Shown here piece by piece: positions 13,087-25,883 of a stretch of 64,000 nt of DNA. The stretch's first letter is position 1. Every line of letters begins with the position of its first letter. The notes below the pieces were generated by a model that saw nothing but the letters and a program-made list of their open reading frames with translations, was not told the DNA's origin and searched no databases. A program made the translations under genes and the position numbers. Source of the stretch: Octopus vulgaris (Eukaryota); assembly GCA_951406725.2 (NCBI GenBank), contig OX597817.1, positions 159,898,001 to 159,962,000 on the forward strand, written 5' to 3'.

Positions 13087-13639
13087 GATAGATATAGATA
13101 TAAATATATATATATTTGTATTTATATATACAAATACACATGTGTGCGCACACACACACTCAACTCTTTTTCTGCTATTGTTATTTTTGTTGTTGTTAGT
13201 CACAGGTCAACCGCACTTAGGAAACATTATTATCAAAGATATACCAACTGTGACCAATCATTTTTGTGGAAGTATATTGAAGACTATGGTGATCCAATAT
13301 ACCTTCTCTTTTCCTCACCAAATGATATGGTAGATTTAGCTGCTATTTCTAGTTGGTCAAACAACCAATTAGAGACTTTAGAAACCCTTTGGTAGGGATG
13401 GGGGATCGTGCTGATGGGGGAATGTGTTGTGGAGGAGATGGTAGTGTTAAGACCATGAGGTAAGGGTAGGTTTGGTGGTTTTGATTGTGGGGGCTGGAAA
13501 GGACAATTAAATTTGTTATTCAATTTAGCAGAATAAGTTTCTGCCCACCCCACACCCCACTTCACATCAATTCACCCCCCTCCGTCTCTATCTTCATTGC
13601 CATTACCCACCCAGATACAATTTGTACGCAAACAAATAT

Positions 13640-13665
13640 ATATATATATATTCAGCCACACACAA

Positions 13666-13753
<88 letters not shown>

Positions 13754-15330
13754 GTATGTCTGAGACTCCCTTCGGTCATGACACAGACCATGGGATTGCA
13801 TCAAGAAAGTTACCCTGCCAGGCACAAGTCCGGGCAAAGTTGTTTTTTGGAAGACCAGCAGTCGCCCATGTATGTATGTATGTATGTATGTATGTATGTA
13901 TGTATGTATGTATGTATGTATGTATGTATGTATGTATGTATGTATGTATGTATGTACGTATGTATGTATGTATGTATGTATGTATGTATGTATGAATGTA
14001 TGTATGTATGTATGTATGAATGTATGTATGTATGCATGTATGTATGTATGTCTGTATGTACATATGTATGTATGTATGCATGCATGTATGTGTGTGTGTA
14101 TGTATGTATGTTTGTTTGTATATACATGTATATATATACATATATATCTATATACACACACACACACATATATATATATATGTATATACGTGTATGTATA
14201 TACACACACACACATATATGTATGTATGCTTGTATATATATATATATATATACATACACATAGGCTTGCACTCTTGAGCATGCCCACGCACAAGAAGAAA
14301 CATGCACAAACATATTTATGTACACACACATACACTCACACAACCTTTCTCTCTTTCCCTTTTGTTCTCTCTCCCCCTCTCTCATTTTCCTTCTTGTTGT
14401 CTCTCTTCCTCTTACACCCACACACATGTTTACACTATATTAATATGCATACAAACACCATACACATACACCCATACACACAGACATGTGCATATAACCC
14501 GCGCATACACAATCATATACACACTCCCACATGAATTCCACATACTAATATGCATATACACTTGCATACATACACACATACACACTCATACGCACATACA
14601 CTTGTACACGTATCACTAACACTTACAAACATACACTCATATACACATGCATATTTACATACATGAAAACACTATCATATATATATATATATATATATAT
14701 ACTTATACTCATACACACATCTCACAAACTAATACTTACCAACATTAACCCCTATTTACACATACTCATACACACACTAATAGGTACATTGACACACATA
14801 TGCATATACACACATTCATACACACGTTACACATGATCATATACATACACACGCATAATCTTTCACATACGCATACATGCACATGTCACACATGACCTTA
14901 CTCATACACATTGTACATAGACTGACACACACATACACACAGACACAGACACACATTGACATATACCCAGACACAAACACATGCACACTGGCTCTCATGT
15001 ATGCATTTACACACACATACACACACACACACACACAGAGGCACATACATGCATACGCACACATGCGTAAGTCACACATCATCAAGCCATACCCATGTAT
15101 ACACGCACATTTTCTTACACAGATTCCCACACTAACACACATTCGTATTCAGACACTTATTAAGATATGCATTCACATATCTTACACATGATTGTATCCA
15201 TACACATACACACACACATTTACATATACAAACTCTCACACATATACACTCACACTCACACATACATGTTACACCCAACACTCCCGAACCCTCCTCCACG
15301 TATACACACCCAAACACACTCACACATGTG
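13640..15330. repeat. Microsatellite and degenerate (CA)-rich low-complexity field
   Basis: (CA)n, (TA)n, long (TATG)n; contains a SINE tail fragment at 13762-13870. Confidence 0.92.
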
Positions 15331-15566
15331 TGCAAAGGAAAACAAAAGACACAATATAGGGCATGAGAATTTGGGATGAAGTAAGAAGTGGATTAAGGAG
15401 AGGTTTGCTGGGAATCAATGTTCAGAACAGGTATTTCCTATTATATTCTTTGCTACTATGGCCTTAGAACTATGTATTAGAAACTCAGAGATAGATAGGT
15501 AGGTAGACAGGTAGGTAAGTAGGTAGATAAATAGATTGCCAAATAGGCTGATAGATTGATTTAAAT

Positions 15567-15826
15567 AATTGGTTCTCAACTAGGGTTCATATGACCCTTG
15601 GGGGTCCATTTAAGATTTTGTCATTAAATTTATGTACAATAAATTGGTTTACACTTTTACAATACACAAAATGTTTTATTGATTTGTTTTTATACAATTC
15701 CTATTAATATTAGATTATAAAGATAAAATAGGATTTTTTTTAGAACATCAAATGGCTTTAGGTGTTCGCCCAAGTGAAATAGAAATCAAAGGGTATCCAC
15801 AAGTAAAAAATGATTGAGACCCACTG
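15567..15826. mobile_element. Old hAT-type MITE
   Basis: Termini ..tggttctcaac / attgagacccactg resemble cagtggttctcaa TIRs; TSD degenerate. Confidence 0.6.
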
Positions 15827-16117
15827 GATCAAATGATTGGTAAGGTTGATAGATATATTGGTTTCAGGTGGTTGGTAATTCGATTATGTCAACTCTAGTA
15901 TATGACTGGTACTTATTTTATTGACTCTGAAAGGATGAAAGGCAAAGTCTACCTTGGAGGAATTTGAACTCAGAATGTAAAGACAGACGAAATGCCACGA
16001 AGCATTTTGCATGGTGTGCTAATGATTCTGCCAGCTCGTTGCCTTGAGGTTGCTAGATATATCAATGAAGAAAGAGTTTATACAGATAGAGGAATTGACA
16101 GATAGATAGATATTACA

Positions 16118-16267
16118 TACATATGAGAGGGATGACCACTATGTGAACAACCCTTATGCTAGAAGCAGATTCGCTATGGTCTTATCACTAAGAAATGTAT
16201 AAGACCATAGCAGATCTACTTCTAGCATAAGGGTTGTCCACGTAATGGTTCATCACTCTCATATGTA
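16118..16267. repeat. Inverted repeat, ~68-bp arms, 13-nt loop
   Basis: Arms 16118-16185 / 16199-16267 (acaacccttatgctagaag / cttctagcataagggttgt); sits within (AGAT)n. Confidence 0.92.
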
Positions 16268-16870
16268 ATACAATTTACTGAACCTTCAGATTTTAATATG
16301 CTAGACCACTGGTTTTAAATTAATGTTAATCAAATTAATATCCAATTTTTCACCCTCATTTTAAATTTAAATTTAGATAGATAGATAGATAGGTAGGTAG
16401 GTAGATAGAATGATAGGTAGTTAGATAGATAGATAGATAGGTAGGTAGGTAGGTAGGTAGGTAGGTAGGTAGGTAGGTAGGTACATAGATAGATATATAG
16501 GTAGGTAGAAAGATAGATATATATATGTAGGTAGATAGGTAGGTATGTAGGTAGGCAGACAGACAGACAGACATTTATAGAGAAATTGACAGAAACTGAA
16601 AAAAAGTCCATTGTATGTTGCACCTTGGGTAAGTATCTTCTTCTACAGCCCTGGACTGACCAAAGCCTTGTGAGTGGATTTGACAGGTGAACACTGAAAG
16701 AAGTCAATTGTGTGTGGCATGTTGGACAAATGTATTCTACTATAGCCCTGATCATCATCATCATCATCATCATCATCAAACGTTTTCCAGACTAACTTTG
16801 AGTTTGTTTAACTTTATCTTTTGCAAAAGCAGTGTTAGTTAGTACCCTCTGTCATTTTTGTGACCTCTAT

Positions 16871-16915
<45 letters not shown>

Positions 16916-17444
16916 TAAGTATGTGTGTATATATATATGTATGTGTATTTATACATATATATGTATATATCTATGTATTTGTGTGTGTGTGTGCCTTTGT
17001 ATTTGTGTCTGTTCCCCACCACTGCTTGACAACTGGTGTTAGTTTGTTTACATTCCAGTAGATTAGCAGCTTGGCATGAGAGACTGATAGAATATGTATC
17101 AAGTTTAAAAGCATAAACACTGGGGTCTATTGATTCATTTGTCAAAACCCATTCAAGGTGGTTCCCCCAACATGGCTGCAGTCCAATGACAGAAACAAAT
17201 AAGCGATAGAAAAAAAAGAATAACAATTGATTTTGTCCTTAAAAGTCTTGATTTATGAAACGACTTTGTTCTTTGTGAAATAAAACTGCTTTTGTTCTTC
17301 TCTTTAAATCTGAATCTTCTGTTCAGACTGACTTAGACATATGTATTTTACTGGCATTGTTCATTTTTTTAGCTTCAGGGTGACCATTTCATATTTTCAG
17401 CTGCTCATACACAAAACCACCATTAGAATTCTTAGTATGTCCCC

Positions 17445-17573
17445 TTAACCCTTTAGATTTTGGATGGCTCTGTCAAATGTAATGCTTATTTATTCACATT
17501 GTTTTGAATTCTAATCTTGCATTATTTTATAGCTTTGAGCTTCCAGTGATGTTATTGTCAATTTTTGGAATGA

Positions 17574-17606
<33 letters not shown>

Positions 17607-18150
17607 TATCATCATCAGCGTTTAACGTCCGCTTTCCATGCTGGCATGCGTTGGACGGTTTGACTGAGGGCTGGCAAACCAGACGGCTGCATCAGGCTCC
17701 AATCTGATCTGGCAGAGTTTCTACAGCTGGATGCCCTTCCTAATGCCAACCACTCCAAGAGTGTAGTGGGTGCTTTTATGTGCCACAAGCACGAGGGCCA
17801 ATCAGGCAGTACTGGCAACATTGGTTTCAAATTTTGATACAAGGCCAGCAACTAAGTTGATTATTTCAACCCCATTGCTCATTGGTACTTATTTTATCGA
17901 CCCTGAGGAGATGAAAGGCAAAGTTGACCTCAACCAAATTTTAATTCAGAACATAAAGATGGTCAAAATGCTTTTAAGCATTTTGCCTGGCATGCTAGCA
18001 ATTCTGTCAGCTCACTGCCCTTTTGAGGGTGGGGGATGACATTATAATAGCTTGTGAGAGGCCGTATCTGGTCAGTTTGAACAAAAGACAGGTTGAGTAT
18101 TTGGGCTGGATTTGGGGTTAATCATGTTTAATCTTGGGCTAAGGGGTTAA
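17445..18150. mobile_element. TTAA-site (piggyBac-like) MITE with nested RTE 3' UTR and SINE C fragment
   Basis: ttaaccctttag...ctaaggggttaa; body matches 30403-30623; inserts at ~17574-18020. Confidence 0.7.
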
Positions 18151-18718
18151 TCATGTATAATCTTATAGCTTCAGAATTTCAATGATGTGACTGCTTATTT
18201 TTAGAATGACAGTGTAGGGTAGGCATGATAGTCTGGACCTGACCAGTTTGAACATAAATCAAATGGAATATTTGGAATGGATATGACCAGTTTAAATGCT
18301 AAAGGGTTTATAAACCCATTTTAATCATTTGTGAACTAATGTGGCCCTTTACTTGCCAAACATATTAATACAGCATGAATAACTAAGGTAAAAATCTTGT
18401 TTTACAATGAAGAAAAAACTCTTTCTCAAAATCCATTTTATGAAATGGTTTGGTTCCAGAAAAGCAAGAATGTAAATTTTTAAAAATCATAGGACAAGAC
18501 GAAATCAGGGTTCTAGATTACTGAAATTTTATCAAATATGTGTGAAGATGACTAATTTTTTTTCTTCAAGAGCTAAAGAAGCTAACTTTATAAATATGTG
18601 GTTTCAGGTTCCGTTCTACTGCACAGCACCTTGGGCAAGTGTCTTTTACTATACTGTCAAGCTGACCAATGCTTTGTGAGTGAATTTGATTGATGGAAAC
18701 TACGTGAAAGCCCATTGA

Positions 18719-18779
<61 letters not shown>

Positions 18780-19124
18780 TGCATATGTTTATGTCTTTAT
18801 GTGTGTGTCCCCTACTACCACCACTTGCAGATATTAGTTTATTTATGCCCCATGTAACTTAGCTGTTTGGCAAAAGAGACCAATAGAAAAAGTACTAGAG
18901 TTAAAAATAAGTACTGGGGTCAAATTGTTTGACTAAAACTCTTCAAGGGAGTGCCCCCAGCATGTCCACAGTCCGGTAACTGAAACAGGTAAACAATAAA
19001 AGATAAAGCAATTAAATAAAATTTAATTTACTTTGGCCTTGTAGATCCATCTGTTCTGTACATCTTTGCATCATTGTCTGACCTCTTTGCTAATATTTTG
19101 TGTAACAGTGGTAACATAGGAAGA

Positions 19125-19561
19125 CAACCTTTACATTACCATATTTATCTTGAAGTATACCCATTTTTTTTTTTAATTCATTTTGAAACTAATGAAGAAT
19201 TTTGTAAAACAACAGTCATTATTAAGCTAATCTAAGGCAGTGAGCTGGCAGAATGCTTAACGCCATTTCATCCATCTTTACGTTCTGAGTTCAAATTCCA
19301 CCAAGGTCGATTTTGTCTTTCAACCTTTCAGGATTCACAAAATAAGTACCAGTTGAGTATTGAGGTTAATGTAATCGACTGTCTTCCCTCCCTGATATTG
19401 CTGGCCCTGTGCCAAAATTTGCAATCTTTAAGCTGATCTTTGGATCTCAGATTAACATGAAATTTTAATGGAAGTTTTTGTATTTTACACCACTTCAAAA
19501 CATGAAATTTGTATCATAGAACCAAATGTGATGCCCAGCAGGTTGTTATCAAAAGGTTTAA
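19125..19561. mobile_element. Second TTAA-type MITE family with nested SINE C
   Basis: aaccttt...atcaaaaggtttaa ends; body recurs inverted around 29455-30725; SINE C at ~19235-19425. Confidence 0.6.
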
Positions 19562-20639
19562 TGGCTGGCTCCTTATTAAAGATCTTCAAGTCCTTAAGGC
19601 TCATTCCTCCTATTTGTGAAGAACTGTTGTATTGATGTGTGGCATGACTCCACACTTTTTCTTCCAAAATGTCATAGTCAGCATTGCCAAATTTAAATAA
19701 TAATTTAATTCTAGACTTGAACACAAATGCTCTAGATAAGAAAAAGAAACCCAGTGTTTACTTTGTTTAAATATAAATCAAATTAAATCAATTCAAATAT
19801 TCTAATTAAGAAGTAATAATAGTAGATACTTTATTTGATAGGAAAGGTAAAAACCAAATCTTTGCTTATATATCTAAATCAACACCTAACAAATCAGCAA
19901 AATCATTGAAATTTTCAGTGTCCATTGTGTTAATAATTTCATTTGGTATTGCTTCAGGTAAACGATAATCTTTGCAGAATTTATCATCTTGTTTCAGAAA
20001 GATACTTTACAAAGAGACCAGCTCCAAGCATTAGATGTTGCATTGTATTTCTCAATCTTGTTTTGATAACATTCATGCGACTAACTAATATGTGTTGCGG
20101 TTTTTGAATTAAGAAATATTAGAAGATTAATAGCAAATGTTGCAACATCTCTAAAAGGAAAATTTTCCTGTAGCATTTTTGTAATGAAATATTTCTATCC
20201 AAAATGTTTCAATGCTGGTTTCAAGTTTTGGCACAGGACCAGCAATTTCAGGAAGAGGAGGTAATTCGATTACACCAGTCCCCAGGTAAATCAACTGGTA
20301 CTTATTTTATTGACCCTGAAAGAATGAAAGGCAAAATTAACCTCAGCAGAATTTGAACTCAGGAACATAAAGACGGATGTCATGCTGCTGAGCATTTTGC
20401 CCAGCATGCCAGCTTGTCACCTTAAAATGTTGTTTCAGTATCAGTTGTCTTGCAGTGTTTTATCCGTCTTCACGTTCTGAGTTCAATTTCTGCCAAGATC
20501 AACTTTGCCTGTCATCCTTTTGGGGGTGGGGTCAATAAAATAAGCAACAGTTAAACACTAAGGTCAATGTCATTAACTTGACACTCTCCTCCAAACTGCT
20601 GACCTTGTGTCAAAATTTTAAACCAGTATTAGTAGTCTT

Positions 20640-20951
20640 GTGGAGGTGCAATGGCCCAGTGGTTAGGGCAGCGGACTTGCAGTTGGAGGATCGCGGTTTC
20701 GATTGCAGACCGGGTGTTGTGTGTGTTTATTGAGCGAAAACACCTAAAGCTCCATGAGGCTCCCGGCAGGGGTGGCGACCCTGTTGTACTCTTTCACCCC
20801 AACTTTCTCTCACTCTTTCTTCCTGTTTCTTGAGTAACGCTGCAATGGACTGGTGTCCCGTCCAGCTGGGGGGAACACATACGCCATAGAAACCGAGAAA
20901 CCGGGCCCATGAGCCTGGCTAGGCTTGAAAAAGGGTGCATAAATAAAAGAA
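20640..20951 (+). mobile_element. Chimeric SINE: family B 5' half with a different tail
   Basis: First ~190 nt match 4407 copy; tail gagtaacgctgc...gggcccatgagcctggctaggc matches 40924-41150 (-); 13-bp TSD attagtagtcttg (20628-20640 / 20952-20964). Confidence 0.9.
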
Positions 20952-21244
20952 ATTAGTAGTCTTGGTAAAGTGGTGAGCTGACAGAATTGCTAGCATGCAG
21001 CATTTCATCTGTCTTTGTGTTCTGAGTTCAAATTCCACCAAAATTGATTTTGCCTTTCATTCTTTCAGGGTCGATAAACTAGATAGCAAATAAGTACTGA
21101 AACTGATGTAATTGACTAGCCCCCTCCCTTAACTTTCTGTCCTTGTGCCAAAATTTGAAATCAATATTAGTAGTCTTGGTTCGTTTAAGCAAATCATGAA
21201 TATCGTAATTCAACACTAGCTTCCTCCCCTAAAAATTTCAGGCT

Positions 21245-21650
21245 TTCTAATGACTGAAGGGGTACAGTCACAAATGTCAGTTGCCAAAATGGGTTTCCTC
21301 TCAAGGATCTCTGGAGTAACATTACTCAACAAGGTACTTAGCTCAGAGATTAAGGATTCTCTCTGGATCAAGCTGCTACATCTCTGCATTGAGAGATCAC
21401 AGCTCCACTACAACAGACTTAAGATTACAATGTCACAGAAAAGGATCATAAGATGAAATCTTCAAGCTGAGCCAATTATTAGGAGACCTGGGGACTAACC
21501 AAGAGTAAAATGGTTGCATAACATCCATAGTCTCAGTTGGTCACTCAAGGGAACCTTGCAGGAAAGTTATATGATGGTTGCATCTGACAGGACCCCATAG
21601 AGGAGGCACTTCAACAACCCACCCAGTGATATTGGGTGGGGAAAATGAAT
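21245..21650 (+). pseudogene. RTE-clade LINE, degenerate ORF C-terminus
   Basis: MTEGVQSQMSVAKMGFLSRISGVTLLNKVLSSEIKDSL...IERSQL resembles the Rex3/Expander-type EMxFLRRxxG...RSSxIR...IERSQLRW region. Confidence 0.8.
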
Positions 21651-21703
21651 GGATAGTTGGATGGTACATTTGCTATAGCATTATCATCATTATCATTTAA
21701 ATC

Positions 21704-21925
21704 TATTTCTTTATTACCCACAAGGGGCTAAACATAGAGGGGACAAACATAGGTATTAAGTCGATTACATCGACCCCAGTGCGTAACTGGTACTTAATTT
21801 ATCGACCCCTGAAAGGATGAAAGGTAAAGTCGACCTCGGCGGAATTTGAACTCACAACGTTACGGCAGCCGAAATACCGCTAAGCATTTCGCCTGACGTG
21901 CTAACGATTCTGCCAGCTCGCCACC
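21704..21925 (-). mobile_element. SINE family C
   Basis: Reverse complement of 3584-3808; flanked by tttaaatctatt on both sides (likely TSD). Confidence 0.9.
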
Positions 21926-22032
21926 TTTAAATCTATTGATTTTAAAGAAGAAATATTTGGTTCCTTTTAAAATTTCTACAGAGGAATTTTCAGTTAAGTG
22001 CAACATTTTCTGGAAACCATCATTTGAACAAT

Positions 22033-22450
22033 GTATACTGTTTATATTATTCAGATTGTTGTCCTTATCTTGATTGTTACTTTCACTATGTTTTGGCTGT
22101 TGTACACCCCAGCCTGCTTCAGGTGTCTTGTGTTGAACTCAGTTGTAGTATCAGAATTTCAAACCTAACCCTTTATTTGATCTACAGGAGTACACTGATC
22201 TCACTCTGCTCTCTGTGTTTCGTGACATTTTTTGCTTTAGATGAACGATGTGAATTACTTTAGTGCCTTGCCTGGAATTGAACTCTGAACCTCTAGGTGT
22301 CTGCTCTGCATTAACCAATGTCTTTGTTTACTATGACATGCCTGATACAACACAAGACACCTGAAGAATGCTGCAGCATACAACAGCTGAAATGTAATGA
22401 AAATAACAATCAAGATGATGACATTTGTCTGACTAATATAAACAGTATAC
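22033..22450. mobile_element. Fold-back element: 103-bp hammerhead-like arms around a tRNA-like head
   Basis: Arms 22033-22135 / 22348-22450 (~80% identical); minus-strand tggttaa...gagttcaattcc at ~22270-22320. Confidence 0.75.
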
Positions 22451-22866
22451 TCTTTTACTCTTTTACTTGTTTCAGTCATTTGACAGTGGCCATGCTGGAG
22501 TACTGCAGTTAGTCGAGAAAATCGACCCCAGGACTTATTCTTTGTAAGCCTAGTATTTATTCTATCGGTCTCTTTTGCCGAACCGCTAAGTTACGAGGAC
22601 GTAAACACACCAGCATCGGTTGTTAAGCGATGTTGGGGGGACAAACACAGACACACACACAAACATACACACACATACATATATACATATATATACATAT
22701 ATATGACAGGCTTCTTTCAGTTTCTGTCTACCAAATCCACTCACAAGGCTTTGGTCGGCCTGAGGCTATACTAGAAGACACTTGCCCAAGGTGCCACCCA
22801 GTGGGACTGAATCCAGAACCATGTGGTTCATAAGCAAGCTACTTAGCACACAGCTACTCCTATGCC
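22451..22866 (-). mobile_element. SINE family A, full length
   Basis: Reverse complement of the 10421-10862 type. Confidence 0.92.
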
Positions 22867-22991
22867 TATATGTAAAATAAATTCCTTATCTCAACCATAA
22901 AAAATTGTATCATTTGAAGTTTTGTAAAAATACCCGAAAATAACATAAGACCACCGTTTTTTGCCTTGATCTGCTAATTATTGTTGTCTTG

Positions 22992-23361
22992 TTACCTCCA
23001 GCTTAGCGAAGGTGGAGGTATTGTTTTCAGTCATGACTGTTTCTTTGTTTGTTTGCCTGTGAACAAGATATCTCAAGAGCCACTGGATGGATTTGGATGA
23101 AAGTATCAGGGATGTTTGGCCTCATGACTAGCACAAACTAATTAGATTTTGGGATCAATCTGCTATCATACAAATATTCTGGATTATTTTCCCTGCTTTT
23201 TTGCTTAATTTTTGAGAGTGGTTGCGTGTATTTTTAGTATTCTTGTTTGTGAGAACAGTCGAGTTTATTTCAGATATTCTCATTTTAAAAATCATCTCTA
23301 ATCATCGAGGGAGCATTGGTATTGCCTTGGCGGTGGTTTGTGCTCTCTAAGTACTCTTGTT
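22992..23361 (+). mobile_element. Non-autonomous Helentron-type (HINE/DINE-like) element
   Basis: 5' ttacctcc...ggaggt palindrome, (tgtt)n, ggatttggatgaaa, 3' ccttggcggtggt plus terminal hairpin remnant and cttgtt. Confidence 0.7.
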
Positions 23362-23887
23362 ATGTATGATTTCCACTATTTTCTCTCAAACCTCTCACCA
23401 GGGTTTGGACTGTGGCTATATTGGGGCACCATCACGAAGGGTTTAGTCAAACAAATCAACACCAGTACTTAATATCCTTTTAGCCTGGTCCATATTCTCT
23501 GTGTCACTTTTGGTGAACCACAAAGTTAGGGGGATGAGAACAAACCAACACTGGATGTCAAGTGATGGGCTGGAATAAACACAAAAACACATACATATAA
23601 ATCTATATGTGTGAAGTGTGCATGTGTGTGTGTATGACAAGCTTCTTTTAGTTTCCATTAACTAAATCCGCTCACAAGGTTATGGTTTACGCGGGGCTAT
23701 AGTAGAATGCACTTACTCAAGGTACTGTGCAGTGGGAATGAACCCAAGACCACATAGTTTGAAAGCAAACTTTTTAACCACACAGTCTGCTGTGTCTGCT
23801 GGTTCAAAATTCTATCCACAGCAAGTTCAGCTGATAAACATAAAGTTGCAGAAATGTTTCAAATCTTCACTGGTTCTTTACCATTAA

Positions 23888-24023
23888 ACCTTTGAGCCCT
23901 GACCTCCTGAACCTTATTTTACCATGTACCTAGCACTCCACCGGTGCTACGGTATAGAGCGATGCTGCAGTATAGAAATAAATAATCCATCCACCGGTAC
24001 ACCAGTGTTATGGGCTCAAAGGG
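23888..24023. mobile_element. Small TTAA-flanked MITE
   Basis: TTAA-acctttgagccc ... gggctcaaaggg-TTAA. Confidence 0.8.
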
Positions 24024-24383
24024 TTAATAATAGCAAGGTACAGTTAATTATAAGCTATTTGACTTGTTAAAGAGAAGGAAAGCCACTTAAAGATTCTGCT
24101 ACTTCTAATTCTAAGATTCTTGTAAGATGTTCCACACATGCATAGGATACAACCAATTGCACAAAAAAAAAAAAAATGGCATTCACAAGAAATACTGCTG
24201 GAGCTTCTTTTAATTTCTTATTGACATCATTGTTAACTCCCATCGTGACAGTGCCATTGTCACTTCCAATAACCAATAGATTTTTTTGTGTTTAATTTAT
24301 CTTCCATTAGTTTACTTTTTTTTTTTTTTTCAAAGTCTGCAATTGCTTTTGCATCATACTTTTCTAAAAGTACCAAACCAAGA

Positions 24384-24451
<68 letters not shown>

Positions 24452-24463
24452 CATACATACATA

Positions 24464-24504
<41 letters not shown>

Positions 24505-24635
24505 AATGATATTACATTATACTATAACATGTGTGTGTGTGTGTGTGTGTGTATCTATACATGCACAACTCTTCATCTTTTCCAGTCTGCAATTCCATTT
24601 GCAACATACTTTTCTAAACGTACCAAATCAAACTG

Positions 24636-24754
<119 letters not shown>

Positions 24755-24771
24755 TGCATGTATTATGTGGG

Positions 24772-24813
<42 letters not shown>

Positions 24814-25883
24814 TCTGATTTATAATTGTTACTGAAATATATTATAACCATTTCCAGAAGCTTGTTAACTGTGATATCATGAGATTCTTCTTCTAAAAAA
24901 AAAAAAAAGGAAAAAAACAAAAAACTAACGTAAAAGCCTAATTTTTTTTCAATTCCTACATCAGAAATCAAAACTCCATCAAAGTGTGAAGCAACCGCAT
25001 TTCTTTACAATATTTACAATGTGACTTCACTCTGGATACAGTCGACTATTTTATTTTTGCACGAATCTACTAAATGATCACAGGTGTTGAATGAAGAATG
25101 GTAGCAAACGTATTGCTAAGTTAGCTCTAAGCATTGAGCTTACATCACATTTTCTTATCAAAAAAAGATTGTAACAGGAATTGCTTTAAATAGAATTGAT
25201 GTCTTCTTATATGATTTTTGCTTGGTAATGCCTTACTAACTAACACGTGAATATTTTCTATGATGTCACATCTACAAAATTTGCGGTGCACTTTAGATGA
25301 ATCAGCAAGAATTTTATGCAGCCACTTACTGACTAAAAGATAGCGTAGCAAGCCGTTCCTTTCAGAATCTCTGTTTGTATGTTTTCGTAGTCTTTTTGCT
25401 AATTACTGAGAAGAGTAAAAACTGAAAGAAACAAACTTGAAATACAAAAACAAGCAAAAAGGAAAACAAAGTTGAAAGCTCTCAAATTTAATTACTAAGC
25501 AGGTTGTTGAAAAATTGCATCACGTAACGAAGGTCATTAGCTACTTGCAAGCATCAATGTACCTATTTCGAAGCTTTTCCACGCTAGCCATTTCCCTTTG
25601 GTGGATACCATTGTTTCCAATGCTCATCCATGAGTTACCAAACGTTGCTGTTAATTTGAATTTGAATGGAATATACATACATACATACATAAATACATAC
25701 ATACATATTTACAGATATGGGGTCAACAGATGAAATCCAGAGATGTTCAACATAGAAAACATTCAGTAGTGCTCAAAGTGTAAGTTCAAATCATTTGAGT
25801 ACATACCTGCATACATACATGCATGCATACCATTCATGTATGCATATATATATGTGTGTATGTGGATATATATATATATATAT

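Noticed and set aside
19955-20070. Possible exon after cttgtttcag
   Set aside because: No convincing donor and the frame closes quickly.
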